64,000 bases of DNA. It comes from Podarcis bocagei (taxonomy: Eukaryota). Below are positions 35,131-49,609 of this stretch, piece after piece. The notes beneath the pieces were generated by a model. The model made no database searches. It had not been told where the DNA came from and saw only the letters and a list, made by a program, of their open reading frames with translations. The number at the start of each line of letters is the position of its first letter. The stretch's first letter is position 1. The translations under genes and the position numbers were made by a program. The stretch is from assembly GCA_964188305.1 (NCBI GenBank), contig OZ076890.1. One strand, given 5' to 3'.

Positions 35131-36910
35131 AGGGGTATTATGGGATGGGTAGTACCTCTGGGGAGCCTTTGGGCCCCCCCCTGCACTTAGCTCTCAGTGG
35201 AAGAATAGCTTCTTATGAAATGGGAAAAGCCAGTTGCTCTGCAGAAAAGAATTGTATTTGGCTTAATTATAGCCTTTTTCTTGAGATGTACCAACAAAAA
35301 TGTTCAGGAAGGGCTATGTCATGGGCACCACCATTGCAGCAGAAAGTAATGATCTGAGTCAGACGTCAGAACTGAATCACTTGAGGTTGCTATATTGTCA
35401 CAAGATGAAAACTGAATGTAGAGTATCTGGCTTTAGCCATTCATAATGGATTTCCAGTGACAAACAGCATAGCAGGACAAAGTCATTAACCAAATGTTAC
35501 CCCAGTAGTTACTGATTTAGAAGCCGCTTTGTGTGCATTTGTACCTGCTGCTATCTTTGCAGTCAGGACCCAAGTTCCCTGAAGTTTTATGGAACGTACA
35601 ATTTTTTGTACAAGTATTGTAATATCAAACAATATTATCTACCACCGTGAATATTGTAAAAGAAGTCTGATCTAACCTTGCCTTAGTTTTTCATCCACAG
35701 AAATGAAAGTTGACTGCTCAAGAATAGAAGGAGAAAAATCTGGAAGATGGCATTGGTTAATATTTCCCATTTCCTTGGTGCATACCTGATTTCTTCTTTT
35801 TGTTCCTGTAATCAGGAGCTGTATCCATTTATTGAATACAATGGGACATTATGAAGAAGGAGATCCGAGCGGTTAAGCCTCTGCATTCTTGTCTCTTTCT
35901 ACTGATCAGTGGCCCTAAAAAGAGATGAGTTAACATAAACCTGAGTGGACTGTTTAACCTTTCTCTCAACCCCCCTCTTTCTGGAAATGTAGATGCAATA
36001 ACATTTACAGCTGAAAAGGTTCATTCTCAGTTTCTAATGTTTAAGGATGCAAATGAAGCATTTTGTCTCCTCTGTCGCCTGGAGGTGTTATGCACAGAAA
36101 ACAGAAAGAGGTTTCTAGGATTAGTTCCACAGATTTCTTTTATCATGTAAAAGCTTTGACTGATTTCAGTGCCAGGAACTGTAAGAAATGGTATATGGAA
36201 AACATCTATAGAAAATTCTTTACATGTTTCACTTTGTTTCTACCTAAACCACTAAGAAACCTATTACTTAACGAGTTCTTCTGAGGTCTGTAGTTTTTCC
36301 ATACTAATTTAGAAGGACTCATGTCTTGCATTTTTAAATCTGTCCTGGGAAAGAACAGTGCTCAGAATGACGCATGCAACGTACTGTATTTTTTAATCTC
36401 TCTTTTTGTTTCATGTTTTCATATCCTTTGTGGCTGCTTGTATATTCCACAGTCTGGAAAACTGCACAGCAGTATTATTTTACACTGCAAAATATTTACC
36501 TGCAGACTCTCGTAACCCAGGAACCTCTCCAGAGTTTCAGACAGTAGTCCTCCTTGGTCTTATCTGCAGCCGCCAAGGCTTGAAGCTGGGATCTTTTGCT
36601 TGTTTATTTTATATATTTATATATTTGCTGTACTCGACCTTTTAGTTTAACTTCTTACATGGTGGCGGTCAAAAAAATTAAAACAAATAGGCAGTACCAC
36701 TGCTCCGGCTTCAGTTTTGTGGTATTAATGGGTGAAGTTGTCATAGATGTATATTTAAGCATATTCTTTTCTACTAGTGAGGCAAACCTAGTTCCCAGCC
36801 CTCTTTGGGTTTGGAAGCTTTATTATCTGTCTGTACACAGTGTTGATTGGCTGGCAATTGTGGTAATTCCTCCCTCCTTTTTTGCCTAAACAGTTTTACA
36901 AATAGATAGT

Positions 36911-36914
<4 letters not shown>

Positions 36915-36959
<45 letters not shown>
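36915..36959. repeat. (GT)n microsatellite
   Basis: Directly visible. Confidence 0.95.
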
Positions 36960-36961
<2 letters not shown>

Positions 36962-37260
36962 AATGTCACCTTTATTTTCTGTGTTTATCCAGTCACTTGG
37001 CATCTTATTTGTTTTAAAATCACTATTTGCAAAATGTTATAACAGCAGTTTTAGAATGCAGGGGAGGAAAGTCTACAGGTTGGCAAAATGTCTGTGAATG
37101 TATGTTTGCTGAGAGTTAAGAAGCTACACATATTTGTTGCTGTTGTAGATTTGTATTCAGGAGCTCAAAGCTATGTATATTGTATTCCCCTTTCCTTTAT
37201 ATCTACACAACAGCCCTTGGAGGTAGCATCTTCCCCTCTTTTGGTTCCAAGCAATTAGTA

Positions 37261-37478
37261 CAGTGGAACCTTTGTTTTCAGATGCCTTGGTACTCAAACA
37301 TTTTGGCTCCCAAACACTGAAAACCTGGAAGTAAGTGTTCTGGTTTTCGAACGGTTTTTGGAACTCAAATGTCCTATGTGGTTGTCGGCTATTGTTTCCA
37401 GGGCGCTTGGTTTCTGAACGTTTCGGAAGTCAAACGGACTTCCGGAACGGATTACATTCGAGAACCAAGGTTCCGTTG
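37261..37478. mobile_element. Older pogo/Tigger-like MITE (family C)
   Basis: ta|cagtggaacctttgttttc ... gagaaccaaggttccgttg|ta. Confidence 0.78.
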
Positions 37479-38417
37479 TATTCAGACTCATATTGATTGC
37501 CTCCAACGTTGGAGACACAACATAACTATATTGGTTAGCAGCTGCTGAGAGCCTTATCCTCCATGATTTTTTTCTAATTCTCTTTTATAACTATCTAAGT
37601 TAGTGGTTGTCATTGCCTCCTGTGGGAGTGTATTTCATAGTTTAACTATCTGTTGTGTGGCATATATTTGTATCTTGCTTTTCCACAAAGGAGCTCAAAG
37701 TTGTGTATGTTTTCCTCTCCCCACCTGCGTTTATATTTGCAGCAGCCCTGTGAGGTAGGCTAGGTTAAGTTGCTATATGTAGCAGGCCTTGTTAACAGAT
37801 TGGGTGGCGAGGGGTCGAGAGGGCCCAATCAACACCCAATGTACCAGGCCCAGGAAATCGCTTTTGCATCCTTGTCCTAAACCATTTCCCAGAAACCTGC
37901 CTTGGTGTACATGCTGGTGCTAGAAGGATTGGAAACATATATTTTCACTGCATGTAGGATTACAGTTTTGATAGATCTCTACCAAAAGGGGTTTGCAATA
38001 TAAAGACACACAAAGAGACATCTGAGGGTGGTGGAGGAATTGACACCGTGTTAAACAGGGGAAGAATATGTAATTATTAAAGTCGCACAAAATTTGGTAT
38101 TGTTACAGTATAAGGTGGATTCCAAACCAGGGGTGGCATACTTTTTGACCATGTGGGTTATATCTTTATCATCCCCCCTACCCCTCAGGCCAACTTTGAC
38201 AGGTGGGCAGGAGGGGCCACATAGGAAAACCTGCTGGCAAAGCCGCAGGCAACAGGATTGAACTGTCCGCTCACCAGCAGATGAGCAGAGAGTTCAATCC
38301 TTCTCTTGGCAGGATTCTCTCTTGTCTTCATTGCTGCCATTTGAAAAGATCCCCATTTCTGGATTGGGGTTTTTGTGTGCACCTTACACATTTTCATCAT
38401 TCTTCTACAAGTTCCTT

Positions 38418-38618
38418 TCTTGTTGTTTAGTCGATTATTCATGTCTGACTCTTCGTGACCCCATGGACCAGAGCACGCCAGGCACTCCTGTCTTCCACTG
38501 CCTCCCGGAGTTTCGTCAAATTCATGTTGGTCGCTTCTATAACACTGTCTAACCATCTCATCCTCTGTTGTCCCCTTCTCCTTGTGCCCTCAATCTTACC
38601 CAACATCAGAGTTTTTTC
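38418..38618 (-). mobile_element. BovB (RTE) LINE 3' end, 5'-truncated
   Basis: 11-bp TSD acaagttcctt (38407-38417 / 38619-38629); gactcttcgtgaccccatggacc...aaccatctcatcctctg; (CAA)n tail on minus strand. Confidence 0.9.
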
Positions 38619-40021
38619 ACAAGTTCCTTACCTGTGGCTAGTTCAGCCTCCCATATAAGAAACCTGTTACATGTATGTTTTGCCTGCCCTACCGCCATCA
38701 CCATGGAAGGGGGCTAAAGTTTTGTATGAACATTCGCATTCATTACTGGATGGAAGGCTTCAGCATAAAGCTTATGCCACCTTTCTTTCATCATTGAATC
38801 CAGGTGGCTCCCAGTTCAGAAACTGACCATACCCAGGCCTGCTTAGCTTCAATGAGTTTGTGGTCTCATGCACTTTTAGACCATACTCTAGAACCTTGTT
38901 TTGGATGTGTGAGAATGAGCTATCATTTGAGTGGACCTTCTATAACTTCAAATGCAATGCTTCTTAGCATTTCATTTCACAAATTCAGTACTGAGTAATC
39001 AAGTTAAGGGATACGATGAGTTAAGACCAAGGAATATGCATGAATTTGTGAAATGCCCAAAAGTCATGAATGTTGTGACTCCTGGCAGCTTTCATATGCT
39101 TGCCTGTGGATGTTCTGTCTGGGACAGAGCAGATCAATAAACAGGATGTTGTTAATGTGGTCAGTGATTTTACTGTCTAACTAGTCAGCTGATTTTTGTT
39201 TTTTAAAAAGCTGCACAATTGATAAAAGAGCCTGACTGACATTATCTCACACAAACTATCCAACTTATAAGGTCTTGAATATATATATATATATATATAT
39301 AATAGCAGTGCTTTTCAAGCACAAAACAAAAACTCAAGTTCTCTGGAAAAAGAGAAAAGTGTGTGTTTGAGAGAGATTAAAAACAAATACAATGAAAGTG
39401 TGTTATAAGAAATGATAGTTTATAGTACTGGGATAATCTGGACATAAAGAATACCTCACTTTAAGACATTAGGCTGTTCTGAAGTGCAGTCTGTATGAGT
39501 ATGTTACTGTGATTCCCTAGCCTACAAAGATAATATCCATTTATGGCTTTTATTATATATGCAGTACCTAAATATTTTAAATGTCCATCCTGTGCGTCGT
39601 GAACACTTACAAAGAGTAAATTCATTTCCGTTTTGTGTGAGGCTTATGTTTTAAAGAATGCAGAATGAAATCCTGAAGTTAGTATACATTATTGAACATA
39701 TCTTTGTAAGCCACTTGTGGCTCCTTGACTCATGAGTTAACTGTTTTTTCTTACTCAGGGGATCTTGCAAATGTTCAGGCTGGAATACTTTATGGCTCTC
39801 CGCTATTTTTCTTTGGTCTGGCTTTGATTTATGCAAACAGTAATTATAGGAGCTTTGTGCCTGTGTTCCATATAGGCTTAACAAGCTCATACACATTTTA
39901 ATGTACTGACTCAAGCTAGGTTGCTTACATAAATTTAGGGTTTTCCCTAAACAAAATCTCAGCATAGTAAATATATATATATATGCGAGTAAAAAACCCT
40001 TTGCTTTCCTTCTCTCTTCAG

Positions 40022-40153
40022 GCATCAGAAGGTGTTGCTTTCATTGGACCAGACATGCATGCTATTCAAGCAATGGGGGACAAGATAGAAAGCAAACTCT
40101 TAGCCAAGAATGCAAAGGTCAACACTATACCTGGATTTGATGGGGTGGTCAAG
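40022..40153 (+). CDS. PCCA: PCCA coding exon (exon 7 equivalent), [44 protein letters not shown]
   Basis: Strong polypyrimidine tract + cag, gtaaga donor; 132 nt; FIGP...MGDK motif. Confidence 0.98.
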
Positions 40154-41852
40154 GTAAGAAACATTTCAAAGATGTTTTTCATTTTAAAAGAATGCTTTCT
40201 GAGGCTTATTATAAAATAGCAAAATCACCATCAACATCACCCTTGGGTTTGTGCAGTGATTGCTGGGTGTGCAGTGCCATTTTGGTTCATTCTTATAGTA
40301 CCCTGATGGAATCAGTGTTGTTAAGTCACTCAGTCAATGATGGGCAGTTTTTGCCTTTGCCTCAACTCTGTGTCACTAAGTGTAGTGGTTTGTTTCTCTT
40401 TCATTTAAATGGCCGCCATTCCCTCATATAAGAGAAAGTAACAGAGGCAGTCAGAACACCACTAGAGGAGTTAAAACTTCTCCTTGCCCTTAAGAATTTA
40501 GCTTTCCCCTATCTGAGTCTCACTGCCTTTGGTTCCGTTTCTTGCTTGGCTAAAATGTGGTGGGTTGTTGGAAGACTCATACACAGGCCTGGCACAGGAG
40601 TCTTGTTAGAATAAAGTTATAAACTCAAACTAAAAAGCAGCTGGTCCCTGGCGCTCCACCCCTCCCTCAGCTGGCTTAGCCCTCTGAGGCCTGGGGCAAG
40701 TGTACACGGCTGCCCGCCACGGGCCTGTTCAGATGGACTGCCTGTGAGTTGATCCAGGAATCAAAACGTATTGCCCAGGCTTGTGTAATAATATCCTCTT
40801 CACCATAAAGTTGCTCCAAACTGAAAGCCGCCTACCGTTTCCTTCTCTGGAGCTGGATTTTGGCAAAGGGAAAAAAATGTTTTCAAGGCTATCTCTCCTA
40901 TTTCCCAGTATATCATTGCAGTAATAATGTGAATAGACCACTGCTACTGAAGAGGCTTTTTATATTTCTTGGGAGATAATCAAATTGATCATGAGCACCT
41001 TTCCTTTTATTTGGTGCAATATTGGTTTGCCACGTTCTGATGGCAATATGTGTCTCGTTCCCCAATGTCTTGACTCCAAATGCCTTTGGTTATGTTGAGG
41101 AATGTGACCTGTTCCTAAGATATGTAGGTGTGATCTTTCTGGCCTTTGGTCTGTCACCATCTCTCAGCTTAACCCACCTTTATAGAATTGTGAGAATAAA
41201 AAGAGGTCAGTTGTTGGATATGGTCCAGAGCTGCTTTGAAGAATGCAGTAAATATGTGGTTTAAACCCTTGCAAGCAAAGCCTTAATGGTTTTTTGGATC
41301 ATAGACACATGCTCAAATATAATATAATTTTTTAATTTTCCAAAATGAAAACAATGTTTGATTTTAAGAGTAATATGCTAGTTATTTGTACTTTTCACAC
41401 ATGAGTACCAGATTTGGTTTACCAAATTATTGAAATGTCAGTGAATACATACTTGGGCTAGGATCCAAAGCGCCACACAACTTTGGGCTTCTTTTTCCTG
41501 GAACCACAGTTATCTATGCTGCATATCAAACCAGTCTTTGAATCTGAAGTTTCTTAAACAGCATATACTTAACTACATGGGGGCAGTATTTGAGGAGTGG
41601 GGGGGCATGGGAAGTCTATCATTCCACTAGTGGAATGCAAGTCTTTGAGTCTGCATCTTGAATCCCACAGAAGTTGAATATTTTATGGAAGGTTTATGCT
41701 TAATTGTTTTAGCATTCTGAGTAGGTGCTTGGAAACTTTTAAGGGTCAGAAATATACTGGGGAAAATGCAAAGTTTGTTTTTATTGCTACCCACTCCCCC
41801 AATATACACATATACTGTTTTAATGAATATATGACTTCCAGCACAGTCTGGC

Positions 41853-41915
41853 ACATGCTTACTGAGAAGTAAGCCCCACTGACTTCAATGGGACTTACTC
41901 ATAAGTAAGTGTGCA
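41853..41915. repeat. Short palindromic squamate repeat (MITE-like); related pieces at about 3920-3965, 46630-46746 and 47340-47395
   Basis: gcttactgagaagtaagccccactgacttcaatgggacttactcataagtaagt imperfect inverted repeat. Confidence 0.55.
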
Positions 41916-42109
41916 AAAGAAAGTGTTATGCTCTTTCTACCTGTGCTGCTTTCTCACCCTGGTGGATTGTGGCTAGTCATTGAAACAGCATCCTAAAAAG
42001 GCTTCTTATGGTCAGAGTAGGCAGTGGTACTGCTTGATGACATGTGCTTTTGGACAAGGAGAGTTATAATATTTGTTACTATTCTACAAAAGTGTGTTTG
42101 GCCTAAATA

Positions 42110-42351
42110 TAGTGGTACCTCGGGTTACAGACGCTTCAGGTTACAGACGCTTTAGGTTACAGACTCCGTTAACCCAGAAATAGTACCTCGGGTTAAGAAC
42201 TTTGCTTCAGGATGAGAACAGAAATTGTGCTCCGGCGGCGCAGCAGCAGCAGGAGGCCCCATTAGCTAAAGTGGTGCTTCAGGTTAAGAACAGTTTCAGG
42301 TTAAGAACGGACCTCCGGAACGAATTAAGTTCTTAACCCGAGGTACCACTG
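42110..42351 (+). mobile_element. pogo/Tigger-like MITE, family B (242 bp)
   Basis: TA flanks; first base C>T; near-identical to 18686-18927. Confidence 0.92.
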
Positions 42352-44003
42352 TACAGTAAAAGGGTTTGCTTAGTAGTTCCCCCTTTGCTTTGATGTTTTT
42401 GAAGGCAGCAAAATTGTAGGCCCTATCTTTAAAAGTATTGTGACTTGGGAGGTGGGGAAGGAGGGGTTGCATCTAACATAGTTGTGTCAGTTGTCCTGGG
42501 ATAATTTCCAGATTGCTTTCTTATGAGCCTGTAGCATGTACCAGTTACCCACTTGTTTGCAGGTAACTAAATGGGGGGGGGAAATGACCTGCTTTTGTTA
42601 CTTTTATTTTAAAATTCTCTTTAGCAAATATGTGCCTGAATTTGCAAGAGAAAAGAAATGTAAAAGTTTCCTCCTTGGCTCTAATCGAGGCACTTCATCA
42701 GTCATCACTCTTCTTGCATTTTATTCAAGAGGCTCTAATTGTCTGCATTTGGCAGGTTTAACACTTCCTGACAGAGAGACTATTAAGGGGAAGTATTCTC
42801 ACATAACTGTCACAGACAGGAACAAAGAACCTTCTGACTCAATGTGTGGAAACCACTAACATTCTTAAATGACCCTTTTCATACATTTTTTTATCCCTCT
42901 AAGCTAAAACTTGGAGCGTGTGGAGGTTGCAGGGTTGTGGAAAACAACAAGGTGTAATAAAACACTAAACATTAATTTTATTCCCTTTTTTTGGTATGTG
43001 GACTTATCTTTGGCTCTAAAACAATTGTTTGGAAAATCTCATTAACAGATGTGCCTGCTTGAAGTAAAAAAAAAAAGACTTAAAACTGATGTTGCTTTCA
43101 GGGCCGCTTTGAACTTAACAAGCACCGATTTGTGGAGCAGACTAGCTAATGAAAGGAAATTAAATTTTCTGACAACTTCCTGTACCAGCTTCCTTATTCT
43201 TCATTGGGCTCTTAGTAGGTACTATGAAGATTTTTGTTTTATTGTTTGGCAAAAAATGAGCCAGGTACGAACCCTCCAAAGCAATTTATTTTCCCTTTTT
43301 GGAGAGAGGGAGCTCTTGTCTAGTATTTTTCTTTAGAAAAAGAAAAAGGGGTGGGGAAGGCTTTGAATGCTTTAAAATATCAGTTTTCATTTTAATGTTC
43401 AGAGGTTAGCCCCCATGGATTCAGCCTCACACAGCAGCTGGGGGTTTCCAGACATACAATCTACTTAAACCTTTTAAATGTATGTTACAGAGGAGTGCAA
43501 ATATTAGCAAATTTGAATGGACTTTGAATTCCTATAACAACTTCCAGGGCTTAACATGTCGTATAGTAATGCATAATGGAAATACATTATTTGGGTGATG
43601 GGAAAGTTTACCAAATATATGGCATTCATTTTCTGAATGTCTTTTGTTCACTTGCTGCTGAGAAGCTGAACTGTAACCGAGGATGTTTTTCACTTATCCC
43701 TTACCTGGCTGCTTAAAAGAAGATAACATCCCCAAGAGTGTGTGTTTGTGTGTGTATATATATACATACACACGCACTACTGTGGTAGGTAGTGTATCTC
43801 TGAGGTCTGAATCAGGGGCTTTTTCTAGCCTTGCTATGTGATTATTTTTTAAACTGGAAATGTCAGGGATTAGGAAGTTCCACATGAAAAACATGTTGTG
43901 TGTCTATTCAACGAATTAACTAGTGGGTGATTTCAAAGAAATGTGCCATCCCAACGGCATAAGATGCTTTTGCTTATTCCATTTATGTGTACACATTTAT
44001 ATA

Positions 44004-44349
44004 GGTAAAGGTACCCCTGCCTGTACGGGCCAGTCTTGACAGACTCTAGGGTTGTGCGCTCATCTCACTCTAGAGGCCAGGAGCCAGCGCTGTCTGCAGA
44101 CACTTCCGGGTCACGTGGTCAGCGTGACAAGCTGCATCTGGCAAGCCAGCGCAGCACACGGAACGCCGTTTACCTTCCCGCTAGTAAGCGGTCCCTATTT
44201 ATCTACTTGCACCCGGGGGTGCTTTCGAACTGCTAGGTTGGCAGGCGCTGGGACCGAGCGACGGGAGCGCACCCCGCCGCGGGGATTCGAACCGCTGACC
44301 TTTCGATCGGCAAGTCCTAGGCGCTGAGGCTTTTACCCACAGCGTCACC
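44004..44349 (-). mobile_element. Sauria SINE, second subfamily, CpG-rich
   Basis: 13-bp TSD acacatttatata (43991-44003 / 44350-44362); diagnostic differences from the 10188 copy. Confidence 0.92.
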
Positions 44350-45166
44350 ACACATTTATATACCACTATATAACAAAGAGATATTGCTGTTTATCCTTCA
44401 TCATTATTTAGGCCATGCACACTGTTTGTATTGATACATAATACTCGCCATCCACATGTCAAAATCCAGTGTTTGAATAATTGTAAAGTATAATGTTAAA
44501 GTTACCAGAAAAAACTTTTTGAGTTTCTATCACTTAAAAATACAAAATTTATTGGCCTCTGTAATGAAGTGATTGTGTGTTTGAAGTGCTCTTCTGGAGT
44601 CTTAATATATGTTAAAAATTTCCGCTTCTGAAATTTAAAGAAAGGGTGGGAACTCAGCAAACACCTGTGTATACTGTGCTTTATTTAAATATTTCAGTGA
44701 ATTTTTAGAAGACTTGTGTTTGACTGTGAAGCTTAGCCAAACAATAGAGAATCAACTCCCCCTGCTGACTGTATCCAGGAAAACATGACACACGTGTACC
44801 TGAAAAGACAGGAATAAGCTGACAGATGATATGTTACAATGCTATGATATTGACTTCTCTGTGGAACCATCTAAATTCTATAATTTAAATTCTGGCAACT
44901 TGAGAAATCCTTCTGTAGTCCTGCTGACTTTTCCTGTCAGCTGATTCTTCGCTGCTTAGAGCCTGAGTATTATGCAGCGATGAGGTAAAATTTACATTCC
45001 ACTTATGGTATTAATTTTGCATTCCTCTGAATGAAGTGGGTCAGAAGGTTGTAAAATCAAACATTAAATGAATCGGAGGAGACAGTAGTGCAATATACGA
45101 CTGCCCTAGAGACACAGTGCAGTAGCTGATGGGATTAATGTTGGGTCTAATTTCCTGCTTTTACAG

Positions 45167-45203
45167 GATGCAGATGAAGCTGTCAGAATTGCAAGGGAAA
45201 TTG
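45167..45203 (+). CDS. PCCA: PCCA coding exon (exon 8 equivalent), DADEAVRIAREI(G)
   Basis: ttttacag acceptor, gtaagt donor; 37 nt, phase 0/1; not in the ORF track. Confidence 0.95.
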
Positions 45204-46045
45204 GTAAGTTCTTAAATTGGCTATAGTGAGATTTGTATGCCTTTCAGAAGATGCTGTTGACTAAATTAACTGTGTAATAAGTAGTCCCTGTGGGAAAAAA
45301 AATGATTTAAGTTTTAAAATTCTGTTGCCTTCAGGACTGGAAGAATCTGAGCATTAATGGTCTCTTTAATTCTTAATATTTTTGTGATATAGGCAGCATT
45401 TTAGAGGCTTAAATTGCAGACAGGGTGCAAGCTTTCGTAATCATAAATCTGATTAAATGAAGGGTAGCATTTTGTGAGTTTATATGAAGGGAAAAGAGTA
45501 ACTTTGTGCATAAGGTGCTAAGACATGGCTAATCTTTTATCAGGAGACTGATAGAATTGTGTTTATGCTGTTTGTTTTTGTAAATTAGGCTATGACCAGC
45601 AACCAATGAACCAGTGAAACATTGTAGTTTCACTCCCCAAACAGTAGAAGACCCCTCTGCCTCATATTATGCCCCTTCCAATCTTATCTGAGAAGCCACT
45701 TTTGAAACAGAGACATTTAAAAAATGGTGCAATTATAGGTGCAGCTCTTCAAGAGAAGTGAAATATTTCACTTTGGAGTTCCTGAGGTAGTTCTTTGGAT
45801 TATAGCCTATAATTTGGGAAATTTCATAACTTACGCACATTTTATTTTGTGAAATTGTAAGGTGGCCTGCGGAGTATGAACCTAATCAAACTTTGTCTTA
45901 CTCTTGGCCAGTGTTTTGTGTGGTGGACAGTGTGCTGGAAAGTAGACCAGGGAGGCTGGGTGAAACTGATATTTCAGTTTAGAAGCTTGTTTGAGCCTTG
46001 TGTGGTTAAGGATGAAGTATTTAAAAGAATGTATTTTTGGACTGG

Positions 46046-46101
46046 AGTGTAATATATGTCCAATTCAAACAAGTGTAATATATGTCCAATTCAAACAAGT
46101 G
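46046..46101. repeat. Perfect tandem duplication, 2 x 26 bp + 4 bp
   Basis: agtgtaatatatgtccaattcaaaca x2 followed by agtg. Confidence 0.95.
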
Positions 46102-48698
46102 ACTGTCATGTGAAGGCTTGTTTCAAATATCAAATAATCCAAACCATTCTAGCAAAGAACTACAACACCCTATGCCATTGCATCACATCCCCTTCGTCTG
46201 CTACTATAAGACCCAAATTGCTGCAGCCCTTATATGGTTGCATTTCATATAGCCAACCATTTAAGAGGTGCAAATCAAGCCAGTGCTTTTTGGAGAAGGA
46301 AATAATGTGAGAGTGAATTGAATATAGTGGACTGCTTCCCTTTTTCATATGCAGCAAGTTGTACCTTTCTCCCTTTTGTGTCTAAAAAAAGCCATTTCCG
46401 AGGGTTGCATTCTGATAAAGGGCAAGAGCTTGGAAGTCACCCAAGTTACCTTTTGTTAATTTCATTTATATTCCACTTTTCCTGAAGCAGCTCACAATTA
46501 ACTTTAGCATCATCAAAATACATAAGTTTTTAAAAATGTTAACAATTATATCAGTAAAGGCAAATAAGAGAAAACCAACAATTTAATAAACATAGGATAA
46601 ATTCAACATTACAGTTTAATAATCTAGACAGGGTTGTATCAAAAGTTAGACATACTCAGAGTAAGCCCATTGAAATTAATAGACATGGCAAACTTAGGTC
46701 CATTAATTTCAATGGGTCTAAGTTAAACTTAGCTGGAAGCAACCCTTAAAAATAGAAATTTGATTTACCTCTGTACTTTATGACAGGCAAAACAATAATA
46801 CCATCACAGGTATTAGTCTTGCTGTACTCCAAGAAGCCACAGCTTAAAAGCAGTTGAGAGATGCAAGGTATTCTCAGCAGGCTAGGTTCAAAGATGGCTC
46901 CCCCATCTCTCCTTCGGAGGAGACTTAAAGCAGCAGAAAGGAAATCGTAAGTCTTCTTGCCTCCAGCCTCCAAGGTGTGCCTCTTCATAGTTACAAGGGA
47001 CCCCGAGACTCCTCTTTTCCAACCCCCCCTGCTATGCAGGAATCATCACAGCTTAAGAATCCTTGACAGATGGCTATCTTACCTCTGTTTAGAAACTTCC
47101 AAAGAAGAAAAGAGACATAACATATATTTAATTGCCATACAACACGGGGGAAATGACCATTGATAGGTATATAAGGTTGTAATCGTAACCAACTGACATG
47201 GGAGCATGGGCCTAGCCAGGGTTTATGTTGTGAGGGGCAGAGTTGAGCTTATATGTGATGCAGTTGGTCAGTTAGTTAAGCATTTTTATGCATTTACTGG
47301 GGGGGGTAGCTGCCCCCCTGCTACATCCATGCATGGGACTAAGCACCACTGAATTCAAGTAGGACTTATTTATGAGTAGATATGGTTAGGGTTGTGCTGT
47401 AGGACATTACCTCTAGAGTCTTATCTCAGGAGTGGGAAGAAGGTAGATGAGTCTCTGGGTGGTTGCGGTAGATCACAAGGTTTTATGACTCCCTGTTGTA
47501 TGAAAAATGGGAGTAACCAAATGACTACTCCCCACTCATGCACACAAGTTATGATGCTGAAAATTAAGATAGCTGGGGAGAGGGTAGCCAAGAGTTAATT
47601 TCGTGTGTAGAAGAACTAGTTCAGGTACTCAAGACAAATTCCTATGCAAATAGCACTTTAAGTGTATATCTTTTGTACCTGGTGCTGGTTGCTGGATCTT
47701 GCGAGTCTGATAAAAAAAATAAAAAGGATCCTTCAAGCCTGAAGTACCTCCCTCTTCCATTGAATTCCATTTCATTTTGGGGGTCCAGTTCAAAGTTCTG
47801 GACTCAGTCTCTAAGGCCCTAAAATGTTACTGGAACCACAGTATTTTTAAAGCCTCCTTTACAGTATGAAGCTTCCTTCTCCTCTTCCTCCTTTTTAAAA
47901 ACCATAATCGTAAATAATTATTAGTAGTATTGTTATGCTGTCTTCCTACCACCTTTTTAGGATTACAAAGCATTCCAAGGTGGTTTACAAGTAAAAAAAT
48001 AATTAAAAAATGAAACCACACTAAAACACTATCGAAACCTAAGACTACAAGATCCTTCCCACACTGCTGCTGCTGGTCAGCTCTGTGGTTGAAGCAGGGG
48101 GGACAGTTCTTCCAAAGCAGGCTCTGAGGTCTTCTGTGTGATCTACTGAGCAACTAAAGTCTCTTTGATCTGTCTTTTCACCATCTGGGCTTTGGATCTT
48201 GGGGATTTGGGACAAGACTTTCCTAGGTATAGCTATGGAACATCATTCCCAAGGAGGCCTGCCTGACTAGTTCACCAATTGCTTTTTGATGAGGAGCAAA
48301 GGTGTGGCTTTTGGATTAAGTTAGTTGAAACAGTGCTACTGATTCTTTTCTTGGCTAGTTGGCCCTGTCATGTTCAGCGGTTCATTATATTTTTTATTTT
48401 TTTTGAGATTGTGAAAAAAAATATTCCCCCCCAAATATAGCTTTCTTTAGGACTTTTTGACTGGAAGGCGACATATCCATACTTTAAAGAATGTGCAGTA
48501 TTACCATTGTAGCTTTGATTTGCTGTTTATATTCACTTTTATTAATTTAATTTGATATACTGAAATTCAGAAGCTAGTTACCGTTAATGATAGTGTACTG
48601 GCAGTACCCTTCCCAACTAAGAGCTTTTTAATAAACCTATTGTTTTCTTCCCTGTTATTGGACATGTGGTCAGTTGTCATGTCTGTATGACTTACTGA

Positions 48699-48818
<120 letters not shown>

Positions 48819-49609
48819 TGAGACGCTGTCCAAAATATAGTTTTGATGAATACTGCTGTTTCCAAAACCCCATTAAACCACTGTGAGCTGACAGTCAAAC
48901 AGATATCAAACAGCAGATTGAAATGCAACAGTTTCTGCTCTTGTCCCTTGGCACGTCTTAGCAGTTTTTTTAAACATTGGGGTTATACACGTATTCATTT
49001 TGAATGTAAGTTGAATTAAAATAATGTCTTATAAGAAAAAAAGAGCCCAATGATTTGTCTGATTTCTGATTGCTAATATTTGAAGCATGTTCTCTCTCCT
49101 CTCTCCCACTGTCCCATTCATACCCTGAAAATCTGCTCCAGAGGCTTGGGGGCCCCTCTGTAGCAGATTTGGGGGAGGGTATGTGGGGAAAGGAATGGGA
49201 AGTTTGGTTGTGTGAGCGGGATGGATATACATACAACACTTAGCCTTTAGCAGCTTCAATGTAAAAAAGTGTATTTAACATTTTTTTAAGAGAGAGGGAG
49301 AGACATATAAATAGTGACAATCACATCTAGTGGTTGTGAATGCTGTAAAACGGTAAATAGGTATGAAGTGATCCAGATGGCTCAGTGGTGCTTCTGAGTC
49401 CTGTCCTTCCCGAAGCTTCACGGCCCCCAAAACAAGATTAGTCTGCAAAGTTTCTTATATAGCACATCAGGGTAAACAATACTTTAAAAAGTTCCGTGCA
49501 CATGTTTGCATACCCATGCTTGTCGTCGGAGTTGCTGTCTGGCTTGCAAGCATGGCTTTAACATTCATGGGGTAAAGAACTCTTAAGTCAGCAAGGCAAT
49601 ATTTAAATA

